A stretch of 64,000 nucleotides of DNA, from positions 116,740-180,739 of the forward strand of contig JAVZJR010000001.1 in the NCBI GenBank assembly GCA_038870635.1, given 5' to 3'. This DNA comes from Candidatus Bilamarchaeaceae archaeon. GTDB taxonomy: Archaea; Micrarchaeota; Micrarchaeia; Anstonellales; Bilamarchaeaceae. The position numbers and the translations under genes were made by a program. The notes under the pieces are model-generated. The model ran no database searches. It saw only the letters and a list, made by a program, of their open reading frames with translations, and was not told the origin of the DNA. Shown in pieces: positions 12,873 to 23,020 of the stretch (positions within the stretch are counted from its first letter, which is position 1; each line of letters opens with the position of its first letter).

Positions 12873-13787
12873 ATGAAACTAATTGAAAAGAATAACAAAT
12901 ATAGAATTTATGAGGTAAAAAAGAAAGGCTTACCAAAAAACACCTATATTGTATGTTCAAATGATACACGTTCGATACTATATAATCCACAAATTGCAGG
13001 AAAAAAATTACACGACAGGATGGAGAGGGTAAGCAAAATATTTATTGACTTAATAAGAAAAAAAGCATTAGACAAAAACGATAAAGAAAATGTTGTTGAA
13101 TTTGTGCTTTTGAGCGGTGGGTTATATTATAGGTTAGCTGACAGTTTTAGAAAGTTGTGTGGTTATGCACTACCTCAATGCTTTCTTGGAATAAAAAGAC
13201 AGAGAGTAGAGGGAACTGAGGGCTCATTTCAGGCAGTTTCAACATATGAGAATTTTGAAGCATTGCCTAAAAAGGCGGTGGTCATTGTAGGGGATACGAT
13301 AGCAACAGGAGCGACTATGATTAGGGCGCTACACGATCTTGAAAGAGCTGCAGAAGAAAACAAAGGAAAAATAAAAAAACTCATAGTGTGCTCGCTTGCC
13401 TGTTCAACAGATGGTGCAAGAAAACTAAAAGATGTTGAAGAAAAATTCAGGAAAAAAAATAAAGAGTTTAAGCTATACTTAATAGTTGCAGAGCAGTTAT
13501 ACCACCTTATGCCAGATGGCACTGATCTTCGATTTCTTTGGCCAGATAGTATAATGCCGGATGAAACAAAAGAGTATACACTAAAAAGATATGGCAAGAA
13601 ACTTGGAAAAGAAATGAAATGTGCTGTTTTTGATTGGGGTACACGTTGCAAAAATCCAAAAAAGCATTATGAAGAATTTTTAGAATTTGCAGAGTTTGCA
13701 TTAAAAAATTTAGATTTAGACAGCAAAGGCAAAAATGAAATAAAAAGAATGGTAGATGAAGTAAAAAAAGAAATTAAAAACTATTAG
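12873..13787 (+). CDS. Type I phosphoribosyltransferase-like protein
   Basis: PRPP-binding loop VVIVGDTIATGAT. Confidence 0.7.
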   Translation: MKLIEKNNKYRIYEVKKKGLPKNTYIVCSNDTRSILYNPQIAGKKLHDRMERVSKIFIDLIRKKALDKNDKENVVEFVLLSGGLYYRLADSFRKLCGYALPQCFLGIKRQRVEGTEGSFQAVSTYENFEALPKKAVVIVGDTIATGATMIRALHDLERAAEENKGKIKKLIVCSLACSTDGARKLKDVEEKFRKKNKEFKLYLIVAEQLYHLMPDGTDLRFLWPDSIMPDETKEYTLKRYGKKLGKEMKCAVFDWGTRCKNPKKHYEEFLEFAEFALKNLDLDSKGKNEIKRMVDEVKKEIKNY

Positions 13788-14884
13788 ACGGAAGAGTCAT
13801 CAAAGACATAGTCAAATGAAGAAAGAGCAATTCTTCCGAATACTTCTTTAGTTATCAAAAGTATTTTTTCTTCTGCTTCCTTCGCAGCTTTTTTCTCCTT
13901 TTCAGTCGTAGGGAATGATTTTCCAGGAATAGCGCCTATAACAGCAGATATTAAACCTGTTTTTATGCTTATCCCTTCGAGAGTAAACTTTTTTGCTAAA
14001 AAGTCTATGACTAATTGTTCCATTTCGGTACTAATGACACCGTATTTCTTATTTAATTCAACGAATTCTTTCTCGCCCATTTCAGCATAGAGAGAGTCTT
14101 TTGTAAAATTAGGCCCAATAGCAAAAGAAATGTTGCGCAATTTTACAACTTTTTTAAACTCACCAACCAATTCGTCAGAACATTTTGTAATCAAGTATTT
14201 TTTATCTTTAGTTAAAATAATATCTGAACTTTCAAAGTCGCCAGAAAGATCTGCTGCTTTTAAAAGCTCTTTTTTTGCATTCACCGCGCTTCTCCCAACA
14301 AAGTCAAGTATCCCAAGATAAGATTGAATTATTGCGCCAACAGCGCCAATATTAAAGTTCGCTATTGCGACGTCACCTATACTAACAGAAGGTATAAAAG
14401 GGTCATCACTATTTACTCCAGCACACGTTCCTGCACGTACAACATAGATGCTTTCTTTTCCATTTATAATTTTATTATTATAAGAGTACTGTCCTTGTCT
14501 TGTGAAATAAAGAAGCTCATGCATGTTTATTTGAGTGGCAGGACAGCCCATTTGTGTTTCCACTACAGAAATTGGAAAATCAATGCCCCCGGATTCTGCA
14601 ATTCCAACAAGTATGCTAACTCGTCCATAAGCAGAAGTGCCAAATTTCTTAAGCGCGTATTCATCTATAAAAACAGAATCGCGAAGTTTAAGTATTTCTT
14701 TTGCTTTCATAACACGAACACGACTGCCAACGCAGATCATAAAAGGAGGGAGCATGCAGTGGTTTTCTCTTAGATAAGGTACATCTTTCCATTTTCCTAA
14801 ATCGTAAAGATGACCGACTGCTGTATGCGTCCCTAGCGGTTTGAGTTTTTTCCTATCATAAAGAGTTTTTTTCTGCTTTAACAT
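13784..14884 (-). CDS. Nucleoside phosphorylase (PNP/UDP family)
   Basis: VGSRVR, MGCP, VRAGTCAG, DSLY, TEME. Confidence 0.8.
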   Translation of the reverse strand: MLKQKKTLYDRKKLKPLGTHTAVGHLYDLGKWKDVPYLRENHCMLPPFMICVGSRVRVMKAKEILKLRDSVFIDEYALKKFGTSAYGRVSILVGIAESGGIDFPISVVETQMGCPATQINMHELLYFTRQGQYSYNNKIINGKESIYVVRAGTCAGVNSDDPFIPSVSIGDVAIANFNIGAVGAIIQSYLGILDFVGRSAVNAKKELLKAADLSGDFESSDIILTKDKKYLITKCSDELVGEFKKVVKLRNISFAIGPNFTKDSLYAEMGEKEFVELNKKYGVISTEMEQLVIDFLAKKFTLEGISIKTGLISAVIGAIPGKSFPTTEKEKKAAKEAEEKILLITKEVFGRIALSSFDYVFDDSSV

Positions 14885-14938
14885 AAAAAACCCCCTAATA
14901 CAACGAAGATAATTATAATTACGAGTATTTAAAAACCA

Positions 14939-15709
14939 TTACATTTGGGATAAAACCTTTGGAAGTTGAAACACGGAATTTATAACAAAGTCTGCATTTG
15001 CTTTTTTTGCCTCGGCTTTTTTTACGAGACCGCTCAAAACAAGAGCACATTTTGTTCTGGCTTTTTTAGCAAGCGCAACGTCAGTAATTATAGAATCCCC
15101 AACTAGTAAAATATCATCTTTTCTCAATCCATTATCTTTAGTAAGCCAATCGAGCATAAGAGTAGATGGCTTACCTATAAGCAATGGTTTTTTACCAGCA
15201 GCCGCCTCAACAGAAGCTACTATCGCACCGGCACCAGGCATTGTTCCGCTCTCGACAGGATATTCTGCATCTTTATTTGTTGCGATAAACGTCGCACCTT
15301 TTTTTATGAGATGATACGCTTTAGCGATTTTATCGTAAGAAACACTTCGGTCTAAACTTACTATTACTGCTTTTGCTCGCTCGCTGTCAAAAATTAAGCC
15401 AAAAGATTCTATCTCCTCTATTGCGCTTTTTTCAGCAATAGCATAAAACCTTGTTCCTTTTCCGTAGTTCTCTAAAATATAACGCCCTGCGCCATAACAG
15501 CTGCTGTATATTTCGTTTATATTTGCTCTTATACCAAAAGATTGCAATTTTTTTAAGATATCTTCTCTTTTGTTAGTACCAGAATTTGATAGGAAAAAGA
15601 CAAGATAACCCATCTTTCTTATTTTTTCCACTGTCTCTTTAGCACCCTTAATTTCTCTTTCGCCTTTGTAGAGTGTGCCATCCAAGTCAAAAACAACTGC
15701 ACGCAACAT
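14939..15709 (-). CDS. HAD-IIA (NagD-like) phosphatase
   Basis: FDLDGTL, SNS, GKP, VGD. Confidence 0.93.
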   Translation of the reverse strand: MLRAVVFDLDGTLYKGEREIKGAKETVEKIRKMGYLVFFLSNSGTNKREDILKKLQSFGIRANINEIYSSCYGAGRYILENYGKGTRFYAIAEKSAIEEIESFGLIFDSERAKAVIVSLDRSVSYDKIAKAYHLIKKGATFIATNKDAEYPVESGTMPGAGAIVASVEAAAGKKPLLIGKPSTLMLDWLTKDNGLRKDDILLVGDSIITDVALAKKARTKCALVLSGLVKKAEAKKANADFVINSVFQLPKVLSQM

Positions 15710-15748
15710 ACTACTCCTTTTTAATATTTAGGAGGGAGAAATAAAAAC

Positions 15749-16384
15749 ATGCGTGTTGTGTGTTTATTTTCCGGTGGTAAAGATAGCACTTATGCTGCGC
15801 AATGGGCAATGAAAAATGGTTATGAGGTTATTCTACTCAACGTCAGACCAGAGCCATATTCTATGATGTTTCATCATCAAAATGTCAAATGGACAGAAAT
15901 GCAAGCAGAAGCTTTAGGGTTATCATATTCTTTTATCGAGGTAGATGAAAATAATTGGGAAAGAAAAATAAAAGAAAAAATAGAAAAACTAAAAATTGAT
16001 GGGATAGTTAGCGGCGCAGTTGCAAGCAATTACCAAAAAGATAGGATAGACAAAATTGCAGAAGAACTTTCTATAAAAAGTTATGCACCGCTTTGGCATG
16101 CTACCGCAGAAGTTTTTGAAGAAATGGTAAATACAATGGAAATATACATAACAGGAGTTGCCGCAGAAGGGATGGGAAAAGAACTTCTTGGAAAAAGATT
16201 AACAGGAGATTTCAAGCATCCAAAATACGTGCATACTTTTTTTGAGGGCGGAGAAGCGGAAACATTTGTTGCTAATGCGCCCCTATTCAAAAAAAGAATA
16301 GTCATAGATGAATGGGAAATTAAATGGGATGGTGTGAGAGGTTCGGCTGAAATAAAAAAAGCATATTTTGAAAATAAGCTTTAA
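15749..16384 (+). CDS. dph6: Diphthine-ammonia ligase
   Basis: SGGKDS, SMMFH, GAVASNYQ, EGGEAET. Confidence 0.9.
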   Translation: MRVVCLFSGGKDSTYAAQWAMKNGYEVILLNVRPEPYSMMFHHQNVKWTEMQAEALGLSYSFIEVDENNWERKIKEKIEKLKIDGIVSGAVASNYQKDRIDKIAEELSIKSYAPLWHATAEVFEEMVNTMEIYITGVAAEGMGKELLGKRLTGDFKHPKYVHTFFEGGEAETFVANAPLFKKRIVIDEWEIKWDGVRGSAEIKKAYFENKL

Positions 16385-17358
16385 GCGATTTTAGCTCGCT
16401 TCTCACCACAAGAGACAAAAACTCCTTTTTCATCTCTTACTTTGCCGACAACGCTTGCGTTTATATCATATTTTTTGGCAATGTTTATCACCGTATCTGC
16501 TCTATCCTCCGGCAGAATAATGCACATGCCAATACCCATATTAAATGTTTTAACCATATTCTCAAATTCAACGCTTTTTGATAATTCTTTAAATATACCT
16601 TCTGGCTTCGGCACTTCTATTTCATAACCAAACTCACTATTTAAGCGTGTTATCTTGGAGAACGCACCACCAGTTATGTGCGCTATTCCATGGATATCAC
16701 AGACATCTATCATCTCTAAAACAGCGTTAACGTATATTCTCGTGGGTTTAAGCATTTCCTCTAGCCATTCTTTACCTTTTAACAGCTTTCGCGCAAGGGT
16801 ATAGCCATTACTGTGTAGACCACTACTCTCTAAACCAACAATCACGTCACCACTAGAAATATCATTTCCATAAATCTGTTTTTTTATTCTTCCAACAACT
16901 GTAAAAGCAAGATCAAAAGGCCGGCTGCCACCTTTTATCACGTCTGGCATTATAGCAGTTTCACCACCAACTATCGCGCAATTGCTCTCTTCTGCACCAG
17001 CCACAAGACCTTTTGTTATTTCTTCTACTAGTTGTTCATCTTCTTTTGCAAGCGCAAGATAATCAACACCGACAAGAGGTTCCCCTCCAACGCAAAGTAT
17101 ATCGTTAACAGACATAGCAACTGCATCTATTCCCACAGTATCGTATTTTTCAAGTTCTTGCGCCACGAGTACTTTTGTGCCTACTCCATCTGTATGAATT
17201 ACAAGTGTTTCTGATCCACACTTAAACAAACCGCCATAGTGACCAAAAAGTGGAAGAGGTTCGCCGAATCCCTTTCGGAATGGAAATGTTTTTTTTATAC
17301 TCTCCCATATAGAACTCTGAATTTTCTTAACTTTTGGTATGTCGATTTGATATTCCAT
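16381..17358 (-). CDS. purM: Phosphoribosylformylglycinamidine cyclo-ligase (AIR synthetase)
   Basis: TDGVGTK, VGGETA, SSGLHSNG, HITGG, TFNMGIG; start trimmed to ATG 17358. Confidence 0.95.
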   Translation of the reverse strand: MEYQIDIPKVKKIQSSIWESIKKTFPFRKGFGEPLPLFGHYGGLFKCGSETLVIHTDGVGTKVLVAQELEKYDTVGIDAVAMSVNDILCVGGEPLVGVDYLALAKEDEQLVEEITKGLVAGAEESNCAIVGGETAIMPDVIKGGSRPFDLAFTVVGRIKKQIYGNDISSGDVIVGLESSGLHSNGYTLARKLLKGKEWLEEMLKPTRIYVNAVLEMIDVCDIHGIAHITGGAFSKITRLNSEFGYEIEVPKPEGIFKELSKSVEFENMVKTFNMGIGMCIILPEDRADTVINIAKKYDINASVVGKVRDEKGVFVSCGEKRAKIA

Positions 17359-17419
17359 GTCTTTTTTTGGAATACTAAAAATATTTAATAATGTTGTTTG
17401 TTTAATCATTTTGGTAATT

Positions 17420-17863
17420 ATGGTCTTTGGTTCGTTCGCAGAATTCGCAAAGAAAGTTATGGATGCTGCTAAAAAGGGCGGGCTGTCAGCAAGAGACTTA
17501 AAAAGATTGGAGAGACTTTTAGAAAAGGATGGAAAAAGAAATAAAATACTCGCAGCTGGACTAGTAGCCGCAATGAAAACGGGGGCTTCAGAAAAAGAGA
17601 TAGAAAAACTTGGAAAACTTTTTGAAAAAGCAAGTGAGAGAATAGCGAATGGAAAAGCTCCATTTACAGATGCAGATGCACAAATACTCCGTTCAATGCT
17701 TGAAGGCGCGGGCATATCAAAAAAGACTAGTAAATGGGTATCAAAAAATATTGATGAGATGCTTGCTGCAGAAATAAAAGAGTTTATCACTGGAAAAAAA
17801 ATAAGTAGAGTTGTTATACCAAAGAAAAGCGAAGAAGAAAAGAAAACGCTTGCAGTGAGGTGA
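17420..17863 (+). CDS. Hypothetical helical protein
   Basis: Divergent from purM; host-like composition from ATG 17420. Confidence 0.6.
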   Translation: MVFGSFAEFAKKVMDAAKKGGLSARDLKRLERLLEKDGKRNKILAAGLVAAMKTGASEKEIEKLGKLFEKASERIANGKAPFTDADAQILRSMLEGAGISKKTSKWVSKNIDEMLAAEIKEFITGKKISRVVIPKKSEEEKKTLAVR

Positions 17864-17867
17864 AAGC

Positions 17868-18374
17868 TTGAAAATTAAGCTTACACCTGAACTTGCGTAT
17901 CTCATAGGGCTTTGGAGAAAACGTCGTTCTTTTGAAGGGCTAGGAGTTCATGGTGATCAAAAAATTCTAGAAACGTTCTCGAAAGAAGCACTAGAACAAA
18001 AACTCACAACGCCAGATAAACTTCTCACAAATGGAAAAAAAGTTTATTTTTACCATACGGCGTATAAAAAATTTTTTAATCAAGTTGAAGAAGAACAACT
18101 CGAGAGGTTTAAATATCTAAATGAATACGCTGCCAATTATCTTGCTGGGCTTTTTGATGCAGTAGGAGAAATAGATGAAAATGGCGTTGTTTCTCTATCA
18201 AAGCTAACTAATGAAGATGAGTTAATGCTATTAAGGTTAGGATTTAAAACAAAGAGAAAAAAAGAGAAATGTATAATAGAGAAACCACTCGTCTTTCTCT
18301 CATTTATAAAAAACTATGTCAAGATATCAAAAGAGAACAAAATATTTGAAATCGTGGAAAAAATAAAAAAATAG
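17868..18374 (+). CDS. LAGLIDADG-fold protein
   Basis: PELAYLIGLW and YLAGLFDAVG helices; TTG start after GAGGTG. Confidence 0.65.
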   Translation: MKIKLTPELAYLIGLWRKRRSFEGLGVHGDQKILETFSKEALEQKLTTPDKLLTNGKKVYFYHTAYKKFFNQVEEEQLERFKYLNEYAANYLAGLFDAVGEIDENGVVSLSKLTNEDELMLLRLGFKTKRKKEKCIIEKPLVFLSFIKNYVKISKENKIFEIVEKIKK

Positions 18375-18376
18375 CG

Positions 18377-18490
18377 CTAAAGCTCTCCTACTCTTCTTTT
18401 CATTTTTCTCTTGAGTCTCTTTCTCTTCTTCTTTACCCACTTCCAGCGCATTCTGTTTTTTTTCTTCCACTTTCTTGGCTTTGCACCCAT
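18377..18490 (-). CDS. rpl41e: Ribosomal protein L41e, 37 aa (not in ORF track)
   Basis: Hand translation MGAKPRKWKKKNRMRWKWVKKKRKRLKRKMKRRVGEL; MRWKW core typical of archaeal L41e. Confidence 0.9.
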   Translation of the reverse strand: MGAKPRKWKKKNRMRWKWVKKKRKRLKRKMKRRVGEL

Positions 18491-18576
18491 CACTATCCCT
18501 CAAAGTAAATAAACTAAAGAACAACTATGATTAGTTAAGTAAGATTTTAAAATGCATTGAAGGCAGGTAATAATTA

Positions 18577-18765
18577 CTAACAACCAACGAAGCCTTCCAG
18601 GTTATCTACCATTGGCTGTTTTTTTGCGATTTCGTTTTTTTTGCTCAGAGATTTGCTAATCTCTTCTAATCTGCCGTTTTCGCTGGAGCCAAGACTCCTA
18701 GCTATCTCGTCTTTTTTTAAAATTTTTTTTAAATCAACCAAAAACACCACCTTAGTATTCTTCAA
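18577..18765 (-). CDS. Small hypothetical protein
   Basis: 62-aa TTG ORF only. Confidence 0.3.
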   Translation of the reverse strand: MKNTKVVFLVDLKKILKKDEIARSLGSSENGRLEEISKSLSKKNEIAKKQPMVDNLEGFVGC

Positions 18766-18844
18766 TGTATATTTTTATACATTATTGATTTATAATATAC
18801 GTTATAGTAGAAATATTTAAAAAGCTTGTGGAAGAAGAAAAATC

Positions 18845-19348
18845 ATGTGGGAGAAGATTAGTAAAAAGTTTAGTGATTACCCGGCAAGAGAAGCAGTAGC
18901 CAAAAAGATGATAGAATATGGATTAAGAATTGGAAACAAGGGAAAAATATTTTGTGGTGATATCGAAATAAAAGATAGCGCCCTTGCGAAAAGTGTTGGA
19001 GTTGATAGAAGAGCAGTTCGAACAACTATAGATGCAATAAGAAAAGATGATGAGCTAAAAATATTATTTGCAAACATATTGCCTGCAGGTGCATTGTTGA
19101 AAAATGTAGCAAAAGAATTAGGTTATGGTGCTGTTGAGATAGAAGCAGATGCTAAAAAACCTGGCATATTGGCGGCATGTGCAACTCTTTTAGCAAAAAG
19201 ACAAATAAGTATAAAACAAGCACATGCTGATGACCCTGCACTTGTTGAAAAACCAAAATTAACTATAATAACAGAGAAAAAAATACCTGGTGAAATAATA
19301 AATGAATTTTTAAAAATAGATGGAGTGAAAAAAGTTTCAATAATTTAA
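18845..19348 (+). CDS. HTH + ACT amino-acid-binding regulator (COG2150-like)
   Basis: ALAKSVGVDRRAV, KPGIL, KLTIITE. Confidence 0.85.
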   Translation: MWEKISKKFSDYPAREAVAKKMIEYGLRIGNKGKIFCGDIEIKDSALAKSVGVDRRAVRTTIDAIRKDDELKILFANILPAGALLKNVAKELGYGAVEIEADAKKPGILAACATLLAKRQISIKQAHADDPALVEKPKLTIITEKKIPGEIINEFLKIDGVKKVSII

Positions 19349-19582
19349 TTACTTTTTTTTCTCCGTGATGAGGATTCCGTCTATTATGCCATAGGCGTAA
19401 TTTGCCGCGCCAAAACTGCTAAAGTAATCCCCTTTTTGGTAAAAATGCATCGCATCGTGTAAATAATTTTTTGCCCAAGTGTAAGCATCAGCATATTTTT
19501 TATTAAGACCTAAATTCTCAAAGAGCAAAAGAATCTCTTTTAACTTTTCAACATCTTTCAGTGCGCGTTCCTTAAAATCCAT
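19349..19582 (-). CDS. DUF357 family protein
   Basis: YLHDAMHF...GD...ANYAYG-ID. Confidence 0.85.
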   Translation of the reverse strand: MDFKERALKDVEKLKEILLLFENLGLNKKYADAYTWAKNYLHDAMHFYQKGDYFSSFGAANYAYGIIDGILITEKKK

Positions 19583-19584
19583 AA

Positions 19585-22119
19585 TTACACCTTCCAATAT
19601 TTCTTTGTTTTAACAAATGTCTTTTGTGCTTCTATAAGATCAAGATAAAAAGAATTTTCATCCTTGTGAAGCCTTGCAAGTATTCTCTCTGCTGTAACAG
19701 GCCCTATCCCATAAACAGAAAGAGCGATAAGTGCTTTTTTTCCGTAAGTTTGTATTAATGCTGCGCTCAATTCCATATCATCTGCCGAACGACTCTTTAA
19801 AGCGAGGGCTTTTTTTCCGCATTTTGCGCATTTAAGTTCTTCTTCTGCACTTGCAAGATAAACAAAACGGGTTGCGCCACAGTTAAGACAAACCAACTCT
19901 TTTGTATAAGAAAGAATTTTTTCTTTAAGCGCAGCGATTATCCTATCTTTTGGCTCAAAAATTCCAATAGCTTCTCTTGCTGAAACGCGATTTAATCCAA
20001 TCTGCGCAAAAAAGCTCGGGGTTTTTCTCTCGTCGAGCACTACTTTTATTTTTCGTGATTTAATCCCTTTAAAAATCTCTTCTGCACCATCTAAATCAAA
20101 ATAACGAAAAAATATTGAGCGTATTGTTTCTTCGTAAACTACGGAATAGCGAAGGGCATCTATAAATTTTTGTCCTACTGTTGCGTCCTCTTCTATTAAA
20201 CCAAACATTCTCGCAACATGGCTAAATTTAAAACGAAGAAGGTTTGAATTTCTAAGACTTTCTTCTAATTTTTTTCTCGGGCTAATACCACAAGACATAA
20301 AAACATCATTTATTTTTTTTGGTTCGATAGGGTAAGGAAGTTTTATTATTATCCGATAAGCATCAGCAACTGCACGAACGCTTTCGCCGATAATTTCAGA
20401 AATGAGATAAGCGAAAATTCTTCCTATGGTTTCATTTATCTTATTCCCAAAACAGGAATGGACTACTATAACATCGCTTATAACTTCTATTACTATTGTT
20501 TTATCATCTGGTACAACTTGCTCCTTTATCTTTATTTTTCGCATCGCGCCAACCATCTCCGCGATTTCTTTTGCAACAGGAATATCTTCTCCAATCCAAG
20601 ATGGAATTGTGATTTCCGTGCTTGTGCCTGGTGAAACTACCACTGCATCTTCTGTTATGTCAAGTACTTCCCACACCTGTCCTTTTGAAAGAAAATTATC
20701 TCCAGTTGTGATATTACTAACAAACTCTTCATCCAAAGATGCTATCTGCCGATTAGATGAGGAATCAAAAAGAACAAATTTTTTTGTTTTAGGTATAGTA
20801 CTTAGATAGGTGTAGTAATAGTCTCTTGCTCTGTTTCTAACCTTTATCGTCCCATCTTGATTAAAAAATACAAGAGATTCTGCATGCAACTGTAAGAGCA
20901 ACGATTTAAGCTTATCTATTGTTATTCCATAAGCGCCAGACTCTTTGAATATTGAATGAATTTCATCAAAATGCATCTTATAGTTCTCAAGCAAAAGACC
21001 AATTATCTGATGAGCAATTACATCAAGCGCTCCTTTCTCGATTGTTTTTCTCTCCACCCAACCATTCTGGGCGAGAGAAACAATAGCCTCTGCTTCAAGA
21101 AAATCATCAAAATCAAGAGGGAATACTATACCTTTTGGTACCTTTCTTATGGAATGGCCAGAACGCCCAACTCTTTGAATTAGACGAAAAACTTGATGGG
21201 GGGAACCATACTGAACTATTAAATCAACATCGCCCACATCTATACCAAGCTCTAGAGAAGAAGTACAAACAAGTGATTTTATTTTGCCTGTCTTAAAATC
21301 ATCTTCAGCGCTTACCCTAACTTCTTTTGAAAGCGAACCGTGATGGACTTCAATTGGTGCTTTTTTTTCTTTTAACCACCCGCCTATTTCTTCAGCCGTG
21401 CTTCGCGTATTAACAAAAAGAAGGGATCGTTCCTTTTCAACTATTGATTTTATTTTTTCTAATCTTTTTTCTCGCTCTTCCTCGTAAAAAACAGAAAAAT
21501 CAAAAGTTCTTTTAGAGCCTGCTTCAATCACTTTATAATCTCGTTGTCCAAAAAGAAGAGCTGCAGCCTCAGTAGGATTCGGAAGTGTTGCACTTATACC
21601 TATCCTACTAAAAGAAGCAATTCTTGCCAAACGCTCAAGAGAAAGTGAAAGTTGTGCTCCTCTTTTGTTATCTAAAACATCATGGATTTCATCGACTATT
21701 ACATAACGGACGTTTTGCAGATGTTTACGCATTATAGGTGCAACTAAAAGTGCTTGAAGGGATTCAATAGTTGTTAATACGATTTGTGGCGGGTTTTTTC
21801 TTTGTTTTGCCCGCTCTGATATAGTCGTATCCCCATGTCGTATATCACTGGTTATGTTGTAAATAGTACACCATTCCTTAAACCTTCTCAAAAGATCACG
21901 GTTAAGACTTCTCAAAGGTGTTATGTAAAGCGCTGCTATACCTTGCTGGGATTTTATATTATCCAGGACAGGAAGTAGAGCTGCTTCTGTTTTACCATAA
22001 CCAGTGGGCGCGATTATTAGCACATTTGCTCCGCTCGCCACGACACTAATGGCTTTTTCTTGAATTTCAGTCAGCGAGCCGAAACGATTGCGGAGCAATT
22101 CCTCTGGACTTTTTTCCAT
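19585..22119 (-). CDS. lhr: Lhr-like DEAD/DEAH-box helicase
   Basis: APTGYGKT, VDEIH, SAT, HHGSLS, LELGID, QRVGRSGH; C-terminal Zn ribbon. Confidence 0.93.
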   Translation of the reverse strand: MEKSPEELLRNRFGSLTEIQEKAISVVASGANVLIIAPTGYGKTEAALLPVLDNIKSQQGIAALYITPLRSLNRDLLRRFKEWCTIYNITSDIRHGDTTISERAKQRKNPPQIVLTTIESLQALLVAPIMRKHLQNVRYVIVDEIHDVLDNKRGAQLSLSLERLARIASFSRIGISATLPNPTEAAALLFGQRDYKVIEAGSKRTFDFSVFYEEEREKRLEKIKSIVEKERSLLFVNTRSTAEEIGGWLKEKKAPIEVHHGSLSKEVRVSAEDDFKTGKIKSLVCTSSLELGIDVGDVDLIVQYGSPHQVFRLIQRVGRSGHSIRKVPKGIVFPLDFDDFLEAEAIVSLAQNGWVERKTIEKGALDVIAHQIIGLLLENYKMHFDEIHSIFKESGAYGITIDKLKSLLLQLHAESLVFFNQDGTIKVRNRARDYYYTYLSTIPKTKKFVLFDSSSNRQIASLDEEFVSNITTGDNFLSKGQVWEVLDITEDAVVVSPGTSTEITIPSWIGEDIPVAKEIAEMVGAMRKIKIKEQVVPDDKTIVIEVISDVIVVHSCFGNKINETIGRIFAYLISEIIGESVRAVADAYRIIIKLPYPIEPKKINDVFMSCGISPRKKLEESLRNSNLLRFKFSHVARMFGLIEEDATVGQKFIDALRYSVVYEETIRSIFFRYFDLDGAEEIFKGIKSRKIKVVLDERKTPSFFAQIGLNRVSAREAIGIFEPKDRIIAALKEKILSYTKELVCLNCGATRFVYLASAEEELKCAKCGKKALALKSRSADDMELSAALIQTYGKKALIALSVYGIGPVTAERILARLHKDENSFYLDLIEAQKTFVKTKKYWKV

Positions 22120-22121
22120 GT

Positions 22122-22376
22122 TTATTTTTTGTTAAAACTGCTTAATATTTCTTCCCATTCGCTCTCAGATACATCAATAAATATCTTTTTGCGTCGTGAT
22201 TTAGAACCAGAGATTATCTTTACCTCTTTTCCTGTTAAACTACGAAGTTCTTTTATAAGTTCTAGATTTGCCCGATTTCCTTCTGCTTTTTCGGTTAGAT
22301 AAACCTTAATGATATTTTCCTTTTTTTGTATTAAAAAAGATGGGGAAGAAGGTATAACACTAATCTCTATCAGCAT
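22122..22376 (-). CDS. DUF167 (YggU-like) protein
   Basis: EGNRANLELI, ISGSKSRRK. Confidence 0.85.
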   Translation of the reverse strand: MLIEISVIPSSPSFLIQKKENIIKVYLTEKAEGNRANLELIKELRSLTGKEVKIISGSKSRRKKIFIDVSESEWEEILSSFNKK

Positions 22377-23016
22377 CCTTCATCGCCTGTTTAAGTTCCT
22401 CTAAAGAAACAATACCTACATAAGAATAGTTGCCGATGATGGTCATAGGTATAGCGTTAACATTATACTCCTTCATTAAAGAGTGGACAACTGAGCTGTT
22501 TATACCTGTATCAAATGCGTATATTTTTATTTTATCTTTTGTAGAAAAGCTATCACGCGCTTTGAGAATAATTTCTCCTTGTCGTTTACAATCAGTGCAA
22601 TTTACATTGTCGTAAAAGAAGAGAACAAAACGATAATCTTCTCCACATAATTTTTGTACTTTTTTAGAAAAAAGAAGAGACTGTATCTGTAAGACCATAT
22701 ACTTTCTTTTAATTTCAGGAGAAGAATAACCTTTTTGGTCTTCCATTAACGATAACTCGTAACCAAGCTTTTCTCTTTCCCTATCAAAAGAGGTTAATTC
22801 TTCTTTATAAAATGAGCAAAAATTACTATTCTGATCCTCTAAAAAAAGTAGAACACCTATATTAGAAATCTTTGTATTTGCTTCCTCAATTTCACTTGCA
22901 AGCGAACTCATCACATTTTGATTTATTAAAGTACCAACATAAACACCAACTGCAAACAAAATCGATGCAAAAATAAATGCAATCACATATAGATATATTG
23001 AAATCTTTCTTTCCAT
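22360..23016 (-). CDS. Membrane-anchored thioredoxin-fold protein
   Basis: N-terminal TM; FFY..CTDC; AIP cis-Pro motif. Confidence 0.65.
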   Translation of the reverse strand: MERKISIYLYVIAFIFASILFAVGVYVGTLINQNVMSSLASEIEEANTKISNIGVLLFLEDQNSNFCSFYKEELTSFDREREKLGYELSLMEDQKGYSSPEIKRKYMVLQIQSLLFSKKVQKLCGEDYRFVLFFYDNVNCTDCKRQGEIILKARDSFSTKDKIKIYAFDTGINSSVVHSLMKEYNVNAIPMTIIGNYSYVGIVSLEELKQAMKDADRD

Positions 23017-23020
23017 CAAA

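Noticed and set aside
17359..17790. N-terminal extension of PurM in the ORF track
   Set aside because: Antisense shadow of the + strand ORF 17420-17863; PurM homology starts near ATG 17358
18327..18524. 65-aa minus-strand ORF
   Set aside because: Out-of-frame overlap of the real L41e gene
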